DNA of 20,000 nucleotides from an uncultured virus (IMG/VR IMGVR_UViG_3300005758_000005) (Duplodnaviria > Heunggongvirae > Uroviricota > Caudoviricetes). The notes under the pieces are model-generated. The model was not told where the DNA came from. It made no database searches and was given only the letters and a program-made list of their open reading frames with translations. The position numbers and the translations under genes were made by a program. Positions 6,327-15,129 of this stretch are shown here, in pieces; within the stretch, counting starts at the first letter, position 1; every line of letters starts with the position of its first letter. Where the stretch lies: the IMG/VR virus record IMGVR_UViG_3300005758_000005, positions 109,430-129,429 of that record; one strand, given 5' to 3'.

Positions 6327-8351
6327 TTAAAGTTCTTTTCCAATAATATCTGCCATCAGACTAATATTACCATTGATAGCCGGGACAAGCAATGGGAACT
6401 TTTTAATATATTCTTCCTTGATATCAAAAGGCTTCTCGGAAATATCAAATCTCAAGGCATACCAGAGCGATGTAAATTTCTCAAGATTATTAAAGTCTTC
6501 GTGAATCTTTTGGAGTTGATTTTTAATATCTTCTGGAAACGAATCCTTATTGGCAAAGAACAGAGCCTTCCATCGACCTTCAAGATTATAATAAGTATTC
6601 CAGTTATTATATTCTTCAGCGTATCTTGTCATCACCAAACTTTTAAATTCTTCCACATAGTCATCAAAAGATTGCATCGTATCAGGAACATTCTTGATAT
6701 TTGCCTTCTTGACTCCGTAGAATGACACAGGCTCTTCTCCACGCTCAGTCAAGAATTTATTAATAATGTTTGTATAGTCCCTGATATACATTGGGTCTTG
6801 AACATAATAGGAAGTAGATTTAAAATATTCCAATGGCAAGTATACAGCATTGTCTTCCACTTCATCAACAGGAGTCCAACAATCAGAATTTGTTTTTCCC
6901 ATATAAGGATTAATTTTATAAAACTGAGCGTTGATACTCTTCTTGCCTGATATTGTCTTAGGTTTAGGTGCTGGAGTGTATGGAATATCTTTTAAATATA
7001 CAATCGTGGCTCCATCAAAGTCAGGCTGGTCTTTAAATTCTTCTGCCTTCTGGGTGCTTTCAAAAGACAAGATGAACTTTCTTGCATTCTTAAAAGGATT
7101 AAAACCATTGATATTATTCTGGAGACAATAAGATTGAATTCTTGGCTTGATTGAATTCCTCTTAAGATTAGCATTGTCAATAAAGAGAATGTGACCTTCT
7201 TGTGGAGCAATATCTGAATTCTTTTTATAAGATTTGTCACTGGTCTCCATCATTACATAATTGATTCCATATTCTCTCAATCTCTTCTCATTAAAGGTCG
7301 TAGGGATGGATTGGGTAAGATTGGAGACATTGACAATATGCATGAACTGAGCATCAATATGTCGCTTATGGATTGACTTTTTCCAGAGTGAATTCTTCTC
7401 TTCCAAAGATTCTGTAATTGTATTAATAATATCTGCTTGAATATTAGAGATAGACTTCATAATAAAATCTTTTGTCTTATTATCCATCTCAAGGTTTTCA
7501 CGGGATGCAGATGGTTTCACTTCTCCAATATTTGCGGTAAGAACAATATGGCTTCTCGAATTTTGGATATACTTGCGTGTTTCATAATCCAAAGAATCCA
7601 AGGAAGCAGGATAGAGAACATTGCCCATCAAGACCGACAAATCACCTTCACCATAATACTCCCGGCGATACATCTTCCAATTGCCACCTTCAAGGATTGG
7701 ATTGATTAAACGGGCAGACTCGATTAGATTAGCAATACTAGTATCACCCATGAACTTAGGAATTGGATTAAAATTCTTAAAGAAGGATACAGAGTTATTT
7801 CTAAAGTTGGAAAAGTCTACAGCGGAATTAATATTAATATGAACGCTAAGACCTGTCTCATCTGTTGGTTTGGTGGAAAGAAGAGCGACCTTGCCTACAT
7901 TTGTTTCGTCGATGTATGCTTGGTAGGTGTATTCTGTTCCATTATGCCGGGAAATAATCATAAAGGAATTAACATAACAGAATGCGGATTTGCTACCAAG
8001 ACCAAGCATTCCCACCTGTTCATTTGTATTACGCTTGGTTGATGCACCGTAGGAAGCAAAGATATTCTGAACATCATCTGGGGAAAGACCAAAACCAAAG
8101 TCTCTTACAATAAAGGTAGGAGAGAAGGATGTTGGCAAGGTGATTTCAATTGGACGCTCTACATTCGCTTCAATATGTGCATCGTAAGCGTTGGTGGAAT
8201 ATTCCCGAATAACTGCAAGAACTTTATTAGAATAGAGTTGATTGCGAAGAATAGAAAAGATATGAGCAACATTCTCTTGACGAATATTGAAAGCAACCTC
8301 GTTCTCAATGCCTTCCCGCTCTACCTTAAACGCAACCTCATTAACAATCAT
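6327..8351 (-). CDS. rIIA: rIIA-like protein (N-terminal GHKL/HATPase domain); start moved to the ATG at 8351
   Basis: LYSNK...VIREYSTNAYDAH, VRDFGFGLS, YGASTKR, GMLGLGSKS and PSASRENL motifs. GGAGAG SD precedes MIVNE. Confidence 0.9.
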   Translation of the reverse strand: MIVNEVAFKVEREGIENEVAFNIRQENVAHIFSILRNQLYSNKVLAVIREYSTNAYDAHIEANVERPIEITLPTSFSPTFIVRDFGFGLSPDDVQNIFASYGASTKRNTNEQVGMLGLGSKSAFCYVNSFMIISRHNGTEYTYQAYIDETNVGKVALLSTKPTDETGLSVHININSAVDFSNFRNNSVSFFKNFNPIPKFMGDTSIANLIESARLINPILEGGNWKMYRREYYGEGDLSVLMGNVLYPASLDSLDYETRKYIQNSRSHIVLTANIGEVKPSASRENLEMDNKTKDFIMKSISNIQADIINTITESLEEKNSLWKKSIHKRHIDAQFMHIVNVSNLTQSIPTTFNEKRLREYGINYVMMETSDKSYKKNSDIAPQEGHILFIDNANLKRNSIKPRIQSYCLQNNINGFNPFKNARKFILSFESTQKAEEFKDQPDFDGATIVYLKDIPYTPAPKPKTISGKKSINAQFYKINPYMGKTNSDCWTPVDEVEDNAVYLPLEYFKSTSYYVQDPMYIRDYTNIINKFLTERGEEPVSFYGVKKANIKNVPDTMQSFDDYVEEFKSLVMTRYAEEYNNWNTYYNLEGRWKALFFANKDSFPEDIKNQLQKIHEDFNNLEKFTSLWYALRFDISEKPFDIKEEYIKKFPLLVPAINGNISLMADIIGKEL

Positions 8352-8452
8352 AACGGCTCTCCAAACTTGTGATGCCTTATAATACAGCAATAATTCTTGG
8401 AGAGCCAATAGATTTTCAGATATTTTTCATTATTTGAATCATTCCGTAGGGG

Positions 8453-9007
8453 TTATTTTCCTAGGGCAAAATTACGTGGTAAAATCCTTCCATAGGCAAT
8501 ATCAAAAGAATCGTTGGTGTATTTTTCAAAATTTATCATGTCTTTAAAACTCTTGATATCTTTAATCTTTATTTTATTAATCCAATGTCTATTAACCATT
8601 TCAATTCTAGAGAACAACATTGGATAATTTTCACCCATTTCATTCCTATAATATGATGTTCCAAGAATACAACATCCGTCAGCACTTTCTTTAAATGCCA
8701 TCTCTTGTAATATTTTAATTGTTTCTAAAGTACTCTCATGCGAAGACAAATCAAGATTATTTAAAACTGAATAATGATAATCACGATCTGTATCTAATCC
8801 AAAAGGGTCGTTAAATGGCATCTTATAATAGAATGCAATTGTGTTGAATAAACTGTCAGAATCTATTAAATATTTAGCATAAAACAAGAATGGTGCAGCC
8901 CAACTCCAAGGTTCATTTGCTGCATCTTCTAAATCTAAATCATTAATAAAATTCCTAAGGGTCTTATCATTCTTTATTAGTTTAGCAAATTTTGAGAAAT
9001 CATCCAT
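8453..9007 (-). CDS. Hypothetical protein (likely start MDDFSK, overlapping the uvsE stop)
   Basis: ORF track. The ATG at 9007 overlaps the end of uvsE. Confidence 0.7.
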   Translation of the reverse strand: MDDFSKFAKLIKNDKTLRNFINDLDLEDAANEPWSWAAPFLFYAKYLIDSDSLFNTIAFYYKMPFNDPFGLDTDRDYHYSVLNNLDLSSHESTLETIKILQEMAFKESADGCCILGTSYYRNEMGENYPMLFSRIEMVNRHWINKIKIKDIKSFKDMINFEKYTNDSFDIAYGRILPRNFALGK

Positions 9008-9902
9008 CTTTAATCCTCTCCAAGATATCCAATATGGCATAATCTTTATTCTTTAATTCTACATCAAACATCACATCTTTATTATAATTTTGTGGAAGAT
9101 TCTCAGCCATATCTCTGTGTGCTTTAGTATTTTCTTTACCTTCTGAATAATGAAAGATTGGCTGACAGTTCCAAGTAGAATAAGCAAGATGGAATGCTTC
9201 TTCATCTGTCATATCGTTGTGTAGAATTTTATGATGGAGATTATCAAATGTTACTGGTATTCCTCTCGTTTGATGGAAATACGTATGGAGATTCTTGATA
9301 GACCATACACCGTTTGCATTATCATTATTTTCAAGGACAAGTCGTTTGCGTACTGAATCAGAGAGTCTATCGAAGTTGGCAAAGAATCTATTGGAAATGT
9401 CAATCGGGTCACCATCTTTCCTGACATGAATATTTAAAGGAGAATAATAAGATTGTGGTAAATCTAATCGGTCAAAGATATCTGCATGAGCCTCTAAGTC
9501 AATTATAGAATTTTGTAATGCCTTAGGGTCTTCAGAAGTTAAAGTAATATATTCTGATGGATGGGCGGAAACACGAATGCCAGTTTCTTTAATTGCCCTC
9601 TTAACCTTATCTATCTCATACTTTATAAAACCGTACTCTGGCAAATCTTCTATATCTAACATAACATCTGGATGCTTAATTACTGGGCATAAATCAGAAG
9701 ACAATCTATAACCCATAATCCCTGCAGCCTTACAATGACGAATAATCTTTTCAGTGACAGAGAAATTATTCCTAACAATCTCTGAAAGCTTTTGTAATGA
9801 TTCTTCCCTGGGCTTTGAGGAAAAAGATTTGTATGTCATTGTGCGAAACTTGATACCTTGTTCCGCCAATACATTAGAAATACAACATAAGGAAAGATTC
9901 AT
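9000..9902 (-). CDS. uvsE: UV DNA damage endonuclease (UvsE/UVDE)
   Basis: YRLSSDL.P, RVSAHPSEY, NIH, RLVLEND-like, PVTFDNLHH, FHYSE, AHRD and DVELKNKD motifs. Confidence 0.93.
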   Translation of the reverse strand: MNLSLCCISNVLAEQGIKFRTMTYKSFSSKPREESLQKLSEIVRNNFSVTEKIIRHCKAAGIMGYRLSSDLCPVIKHPDVMLDIEDLPEYGFIKYEIDKVKRAIKETGIRVSAHPSEYITLTSEDPKALQNSIIDLEAHADIFDRLDLPQSYYSPLNIHVRKDGDPIDISNRFFANFDRLSDSVRKRLVLENNDNANGVWSIKNLHTYFHQTRGIPVTFDNLHHKILHNDMTDEEAFHLAYSTWNCQPIFHYSEGKENTKAHRDMAENLPQNYNKDVMFDVELKNKDYAILDILERIKDG

Positions 9903-9936
9903 GTTCTACTGTATCATAAAACAACCCCGCTAGCAA
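9903..9936 (-). promoter_or_regulatory. sigma70-type promoter, leaderless (uvsE)
   Basis: TTGCTA-17 nt-TACAGT (TGn), then 5 nt, then ATG. Confidence 0.6.
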
Positions 9937-10354
9937 GTCTCCATTTAAGATTCTTTAAGTCTTCCTCTAAAAGATCCTGGAACGTTTTATCAGAGCTGCC
10001 AAAATGTATTAAAACAGAACAAAAAAGAGCATTAATAGATATAGAATAAAATAATCCACTTAAGTCCTTAAATTTTTCATTTTTTTCAATATAATGTAAG
10101 ATATTTAAACTAATAGAGAATAATATTTTAAAATCGCTCTTGTATGTTATTAATTTGTATAGTAGAATAGATAATGGTTCAATATTCCATTCCTTATACC
10201 TTACTAAATCTGGATAAAAAAGATTATTTGTTTCTTGTTGTAGGATTTTAATTGCATATGATTTGATTACATTATAATTAACTCCAGGGACTAGGTAATA
10301 AAAATCCCAGTCCCTGTTTAAGAGTTCTAATATATTCTTTTTAATTTTAGACAT
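9914..10354 (-). CDS. Hypothetical protein (likely start MSKIKK)
   Basis: ORF track. The start overlaps the upstream stop. Confidence 0.65.
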   Translation of the reverse strand: MSKIKKNILELLNRDWDFYYLVPGVNYNVIKSYAIKILQQETNNLFYPDLVRYKEWNIEPLSILLYKLITYKSDFKILFSISLNILHYIEKNEKFKDLSGLFYSISINALFCSVLIHFGSSDKTFQDLLEEDLKNLKWRLASGVVL

Positions 10355-10766
10355 TGTTACAGAAATTATTAATAATCTCTCTGCCCTTCTTATAGTTTCC
10401 TGAGTTCTTTTCAAAATATACTGTGACTAAAAAATAATCTTCATCACTGTATCCAAAATGAATTTCAAGCTCTGGTCCAAGAAGGGGGAATTTTTTATTA
10501 TTAATCATATTGTAGCTATTATGTAAATGTTGAAAGAATCTTCCTTTACATTTAGCATCGACCAAGAATACAACATATGGTACACTAAAATCGCCATTCT
10601 TATATTTATGGCCTTGGCAACAAAACAATGTCCAGATCCATTCACTCTTATTAATGTTTAAGATAGAACTTTTAATTAATCGATCTAGCTTTACATCTTT
10701 TAAATTTCTTGGATCGTTATAATTGAATTTTTCTAGGAAGGAATCAAGAGTTCTCATAGATTTCAC
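10347..10766 (-). CDS. Hypothetical protein with WTLFCCQGH motif (TYW3-like T..CC.GH phage family)
   Basis: D..I...I..IN....I.T.FCC.GH....PYV.F pattern. The family assignment is from memory. Confidence 0.6.
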   Translation of the reverse strand: MKSMRTLDSFLEKFNYNDPRNLKDVKLDRLIKSSILNINKSEWIWTLFCCQGHKYKNGDFSVPYVVFLVDAKCKGRFFQHLHNSYNMINNKKFPLLGPELEIHFGYSDEDYFLVTVYFEKNSGNYKKGREIINNFCNNV

Positions 10767-10974
10767 AGATCAGCATGTTATCATCTTCTCGAATGATTTT
10801 GCCAGCAGCTGTTACAAGATGTTCGTCGATAGAGAGATTCCAATTGTTCTCATTATAAAGATCACGGAATTCTTCTAGAGTGTAAACCTTATCATCTTCG
10901 AAAAATCTAACTGTGGCTTCTTCTGAATAAAAATCTATAAGTCGGTCAATAGCGGTGAGGTCTAATAGTTTCAT
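10744..10974 (-). CDS. Hypothetical acidic protein
   Basis: 76-aa ORF. Confidence 0.65.
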   Translation of the reverse strand: MKLLDLTAIDRLIDFYSEEATVRFFEDDKVYTLEEFRDLYNENNWNLSIDEHLVTAAGKIIREDDNMLICEIYENS

Positions 10975-10995
10975 GCCTTATTATTCCCTCGATTT

Positions 10996-11310
10996 TTAGC
11001 TTTTGAGGCGCTTGAGTAAAAAAGGTATGAAAAAAGGAGCAATTAATAACATGCCTCCGTACCTCACATATATACTACCCTCGAAAAACCCAATAATATA
11101 AAAAATAATGCTCGAAAAAATAGGATATAAAATAATAAAGAGAATTAACCTTAAGATAAAAAGGATCTGGACCCTTTTAAAAGCTTTGGGGAAATTTTTA
11201 CATTTACGACATTCATATTTAATAACGTCGCTGTAGAAATTATCACCACAAACCTCACACTTAAGTTTAATTCTCTTTAATGTGCAACTTGATAAAACAC
11301 TATTTTTCAT
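10996..11310 (-). CDS. Zn-ribbon membrane protein
   Basis: CEVC...CRKC followed by two hydrophobic segments. Confidence 0.65.
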   Translation of the reverse strand: MKNSVLSSCTLKRIKLKCEVCGDNFYSDVIKYECRKCKNFPKAFKRVQILFILRLILFIILYPIFSSIIFYIIGFFEGSIYVRYGGMLLIAPFFIPFLLKRLKS

Positions 11311-11331
11311 TACAGTGTTTTATTCTATTTT

Positions 11332-11808
11332 TTAGAACTTGAATCCCAACATCTTAGTAAAGTCATCGATCTTTACAGAAGCGGTGACAAGAGCCCGGAC
11401 CTTATCTGTGCTCGAAAAACGATTAGCAAGATCCACACCCTCTACATAAGCGCCAGCCGAAAGACTTACACCATTGATAACCTTACCGAATGGAACAAGA
11501 ACTCCAACACCTACTGCAGCCTTATCACCATACTTATCTGTGCTTAAGACTCCAACGGTTGAAACAGTCTTTCCAAGTACAGTATAATTGCCTAGAGTAG
11601 AAAGGGCCAATGCATTACTATTTCGGCCATCAATTCCAACTCCTGCAGTAAAACCATTAAAGCGACCATCACTGAACTGAGGCTTAACAAAAAAGCTCTT
11701 AGCACCAACTTCCGCCTTCTTTCCCCCAACTTGAGAGAATGATCCGCTGCAAACTAAACAGGAAATAACAACTGGAATTACACTCTTAAATACTAAATTC
11801 TTAATCAT
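11332..11808 (-). CDS. Exported beta-strand-rich protein, outer-membrane-protein-like (likely start MIKNLV)
   Basis: Signal-peptide-like N-terminus, Gly/Val alternating strands, C-terminal LGFKF, and an AAGGA SD before the ATG at 11808. Confidence 0.55.
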   Translation of the reverse strand: MIKNLVFKSVIPVVISCLVCSGSFSQVGGKKAEVGAKSFFVKPQFSDGRFNGFTAGVGIDGRNSNALALSTLGNYTVLGKTVSTVGVLSTDKYGDKAAVGVGVLVPFGKVINGVSLSAGAYVEGVDLANRFSSTDKVRALVTASVKIDDFTKMLGFKF

Positions 11809-11854
11809 ATAAAAATTCCTTCTAGACTTTAACGTCATATTTTATTATTCCCCT

Positions 11855-12301
11855 TTACTCGAAATATGCAATCACCCTAAGATCTTTTTTTAACCTATCC
11901 TTTATTCGTTGTATCTTCTTTCTTAAAGCCACAACAGATAAACCATATTTTTCTGACAAACTATTATAATCTTCCCCTAGAGAATAAAATTTAAAAAGCT
12001 CGAAATCTTTTCCCAATATTTCAAAGACAAGCTCCTCTAATTCGTTTGTCTCGAAATTTTCCCTATAAATCGGCTCATCTATAAAATCTAAACTCTCGAA
12101 TTTCTTTTTCCTTGAACGATCTATTAATGCGTTTAAAGCTATACCAATTAAATAACTTTTCTCAGTCTCTTCTCTAATGTTATAATTTCGAATTAAAAGA
12201 TTATAATAAACATCACTAGTTAATTCCTCTGATAAATTATAATCTTTTGTTTTACTATATAGATAATTAAATATTACCTTACGATATTTCAAAAGCTTCA
12301 T
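11855..12301 (-). CDS. ECF-like RNA polymerase sigma factor (regions 2 and 4 only)
   Basis: SEELTSDVYY, SYLIGIALNALIDRSRK (region 2) and G.DY..LSEKYGLSVVALRKKIQRIKDRLK (region 4 HTH). Confidence 0.8.
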   Translation of the reverse strand: MKLLKYRKVIFNYLYSKTKDYNLSEELTSDVYYNLLIRNYNIREETEKSYLIGIALNALIDRSRKKKFESLDFIDEPIYRENFETNELEELVFEILGKDFELFKFYSLGEDYNSLSEKYGLSVVALRKKIQRIKDRLKKDLRVIAYFE

Positions 12302-12307
12302 AAAAAT

Positions 12308-12339
12308 AAAAAAGAGGAAAAGAATATTCCTTTCCTCTT
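12308..12339 (-). terminator. Intrinsic terminator
   Basis: AAGAGGAAA/TTTCCTCTT stem plus a T-run on the minus strand. Confidence 0.65.
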
Positions 12340-12360
12340 CTCCCTTAAAAAATAAAAATC

Positions 12361-12858
12361 TTAATCACATAACAAGAAAGAATAACGGAACTTATGCACA
12401 GCTACAATAACTTCTTCGTCACTATAATCTAACTCATTAATTGCCACCCTATAATATTGTATCATGTTCTTAATAGGTGGGTCAAGAGGTGCTAAACCAT
12501 TCTGCACTCTATACTGTGTCCAACTCCTATAATGCTGCCCAAGAGAACCAAGATTATAAAGGAGCAAATCAAAATCGTTAAAAGGAACACTCCAATCAAC
12601 TTTAAGCTTCTCTAACTCTTTTAAATTCTCACCCTGAAAATCCTTAAGCTTCTTATCACTCTCGAAAAATTCACCAATCTCTTCACCATACTCGAAAACC
12701 TTATACTTGTCTTCTTTCTTTTGAACTTTTACTGGCTCCTTAACAACTTCTTTAACAACAGGCTTAACTTCAACAACTTCAACGGTTTCTACAATTTCTT
12801 CTTTAGTCTCAACAGTTTCTTCCACTGCCTTAACTTCCTCGATTTTCTTCCTTGCCAT
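12361..12858 (-). CDS. Hypothetical protein with E/V/K low-complexity N-terminus
   Basis: 165-aa ORF with an AAGGA SD. Confidence 0.75.
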   Translation of the reverse strand: MARKKIEEVKAVEETVETKEEIVETVEVVEVKPVVKEVVKEPVKVQKKEDKYKVFEYGEEIGEFFESDKKLKDFQGENLKELEKLKVDWSVPFNDFDLLLYNLGSLGQHYRSWTQYRVQNGLAPLDPPIKNMIQYYRVAINELDYSDEEVIVAVHKFRYSFLLCD

Positions 12859-12950
12859 ATTTTTTCCTTTCGGCTGTGGATTCTTAAACGATATCCTTAC
12901 AAAATAATAGAGAAAAATCCTCTATATCCTCTTTTACAATAAAAATATCC

Positions 12951-13502
12951 TTAAGACCTCGAAAAACTAATTCCAAGCTCCTTTAACCGCTTATTTATGA
13001 CCGGAAAACCTGTAACAACCCCACCATTAATTTCTATCTCTTGTTCACCTATATCAGATAATTTTATTTTTCCACTACCATTAAAATAATATCCCTGATT
13101 ACTCGAACCCCTTAAGCCACCCCAAATTCTCTTACCCCTATCATATCGCCCATAAACCAATAAGTCAATATAATCCAAACATTTTTTCTTATCAAAATCT
13201 TCTAAAATTTCCCCTATATCAAAACCACTAAAAACAACAACTCCCCCAGGTAAATCCAACTCCACTAAAAGACTATATAATTCATCTGCTTGTAAGAAAG
13301 GTTCACCCCCAGATATTGTTAATCCCGGAGACTTTATAAAATCTAATACATCTCTTACACTATAATATTCTCCACCCTCGAAATTCCATGTCTCAGGATT
13401 AAAACAGCCGAGACATCCTAAATTACATCCCTGAAACCAAATAATATCCCTCTCTCCAGGACCGTTAACAAAAGTACTCGAAAGCTTACCAAATAGTTGC
13501 AT
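12951..13502 (-). CDS. nrdG: NrdG-like radical SAM activating enzyme
   Basis: VNGPG.R..IWFQGCNLGCLGCFNPETW (CxxxCxxC), TISGGEPFLQ, IDLLV.GRY and LRGSSNQ. Confidence 0.85.
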   Translation of the reverse strand: MQLFGKLSSTFVNGPGERDIIWFQGCNLGCLGCFNPETWNFEGGEYYSVRDVLDFIKSPGLTISGGEPFLQADELYSLLVELDLPGGVVVFSGFDIGEILEDFDKKKCLDYIDLLVYGRYDRGKRIWGGLRGSSNQGYYFNGSGKIKLSDIGEQEIEINGGVVTGFPVINKRLKELGISFSRS

Positions 13503-13531
13503 CCCTTAAATCCATCCTGTATAATAAACGC
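13497..13531 (+). promoter_or_regulatory. sigma70-type promoter, leaderless
   Basis: TTGCAT-17 nt-TATAAT, then 6 nt, then ATG. Confidence 0.75.
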
Positions 13532-13966
13532 ATGAGTAAGGTTTTTAATAACGTATATCTAAAACTTAAAGAAGAATACGAACAAAGTGAGCCAGTAGAA
13601 TATAACTCGAAAAATCTACTGAAGAATATTAGCACGACATTAGACAATCTTTATAAAAATCTTCTCAACATTGAACTTATACTTAAAGAGATTACATTAT
13701 TCGATACCAAAACATCTGAGGAATTTTTAAATCTCTCTTATAAAAATATCGAAGAAATACATAAGAGTTTTCCTAAGATCTTTTTCGACACACCAATAGA
13801 AGAAAATTATCCAGAAACATACTTAGATGCAATAGAAGAATTAATAGCATCTGTAATCACCTTAAGATTCTATTTAGTAAGACTCGAAAATCAAGATAAT
13901 AAAAATATCCTATCACTCTTAGATTCTTATATTCTTAACATTAAACTATATACCAAAAATTATTAG
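13532..13966 (+). CDS. Hypothetical helical protein, transcribed toward the putative origin
   Basis: 144-aa ORF with a canonical promoter. Confidence 0.7.
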   Translation: MSKVFNNVYLKLKEEYEQSEPVEYNSKNLLKNISTTLDNLYKNLLNIELILKEITLFDTKTSEEFLNLSYKNIEEIHKSFPKIFFDTPIEENYPETYLDAIEELIASVITLRFYLVRLENQDNKNILSLLDSYILNIKLYTKNY

Positions 13967-15129
13967 GCTCGAAAAATACACCTTAAGATATTTTAAAAAG
14001 TTGAACCTAAATCTTAAAGTACTATAGGGGAAGAACAAAAGAATCTCAACTCCAAAAATAGGCTCGAATTTTAAAGTGTGATATAATGTAATACTGTGAA
14101 CCTAAAATACTCGAAAAACTCTAGGGGATATTTTTAATTCTATAGTGGGTATTGTGCTCGATTTTTGGAATTTTTTAGGATTCTTGATATATACTAAAAA
14201 ATTTGCAGGAAAGTCTTTTGTAAATACAGAATGATATTTATTCACACTAGGATTTTAAAATAGACCTCCGAACAGAAAAAGCCCCGATAAAATTCTTCTT
14301 GTTGTTAAATAAAACTCTTCTGGTCTAATTCAAAAATCTAGGAGTTGTTTAGAAAAATTCCTGTGGTCTGATTCAAAATTTCTAAGGTCTGTTTACAAGA
14401 ATCTTATTTAAATTCTTCCTGTAGTTAAGTAAAAGTCCTAGGGTTTGATTTAAAAGATTCTGTGCTATTCAATTAATTCTCTTATGGTATTAAATCTAGA
14501 GTGTTATTTTAAATTCCCTTATTATTATTCTTTTATTCTCTGGGGTTTTTTATTTTAATTATCCCTATTGTATTATTTTTTCTTCTAGGGTATAATATTT
14601 AATCTATTTATTTCTCTATAGGCTAAATTTTGTTTTTTTTCTTATTCTACCCTATCTTTTATCATTATCTATCAGTATTGTTTTTTATGTAAGTTATTTG
14701 GCATTAGGGTTTTTAATTAGTAGTGAATGGGAATAGGATTTTTTTTGTATGGTAAGATTTGTTTTTAAATGGGAATAGAATTTTGTTTTATGGTGTATTA
14801 TTTTATTAGTTTGGGTTGTAGTCTCCATTGTGTTTTTAAATTTGTTTTTGTTGGGTATTTTTAGAAGGAATATTAGAAAGCTTTGCAGAATATATTAATT
14901 AGTCTTATTGTCTGTATTGATAATTTGGCTTTTTTTATATTTAGTATTAATGTGGTATGAATCTATCTTTTTTAATGGTTGTTTTAGCTTAGGAATCTTT
15001 TGTTTTTAGAATTTTGATTGATTTGTTTATATATTTTCTGTGTTATATTTTTTTGGGTTTTTTGGGCTTATTTTTTACATTAATTTTACGTTGTTATTTT
15101 TTTGTATATATTATGTGAGGTATATTATT
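13967..15129. other. Putative bidirectional replication origin region
   Basis: Longest non-coding tract in the window. The + strand flips from C/A-rich to G/T-rich, overall gene polarity diverges, and the tract holds phased repeats and a T-rich stretch. Confidence 0.65.
14288..14470 (+). repeat. Degenerate tandem units of about 21-22 nt (iteron-like)
   Basis: Units such as aaaactcttctggtctaattc / aaaaattcctgtggtctgattc / aaaatttctaaggtctgtttac / aaaagtcctagggtttgattt. Positions 14290-14335 are imperfectly repeated at 14410-14455. Confidence 0.6.

Noticed and set aside
598..8372. Plus-strand and alternative-frame ORFs in the track (e.g. 598-795, 3933-4232, 5005-5481, 5884-6237, 7437-7709)
   Set aside because: They are shadows of well-supported minus-strand genes, with no RBS or recognisable motifs.
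11150..13990. CCTTAAG as a second oriented motif
   Set aside because: Several copies are visible, but the motif is AT-rich and nearly palindromic, so enrichment cannot be supported without counting statistics.
13967..15129. CRISPR array in the non-coding tract
   Set aside because: The repeats are degenerate and abutting, with no identical repeats separated by unique spacers and no cas genes in the window.
15040..15129. Hydrophobic N-terminal extension of the 205-aa ORF as a transmembrane segment
   Set aside because: It is a by-product of T-rich skewed DNA, and a GAGG SD supports the ATG at 15130.
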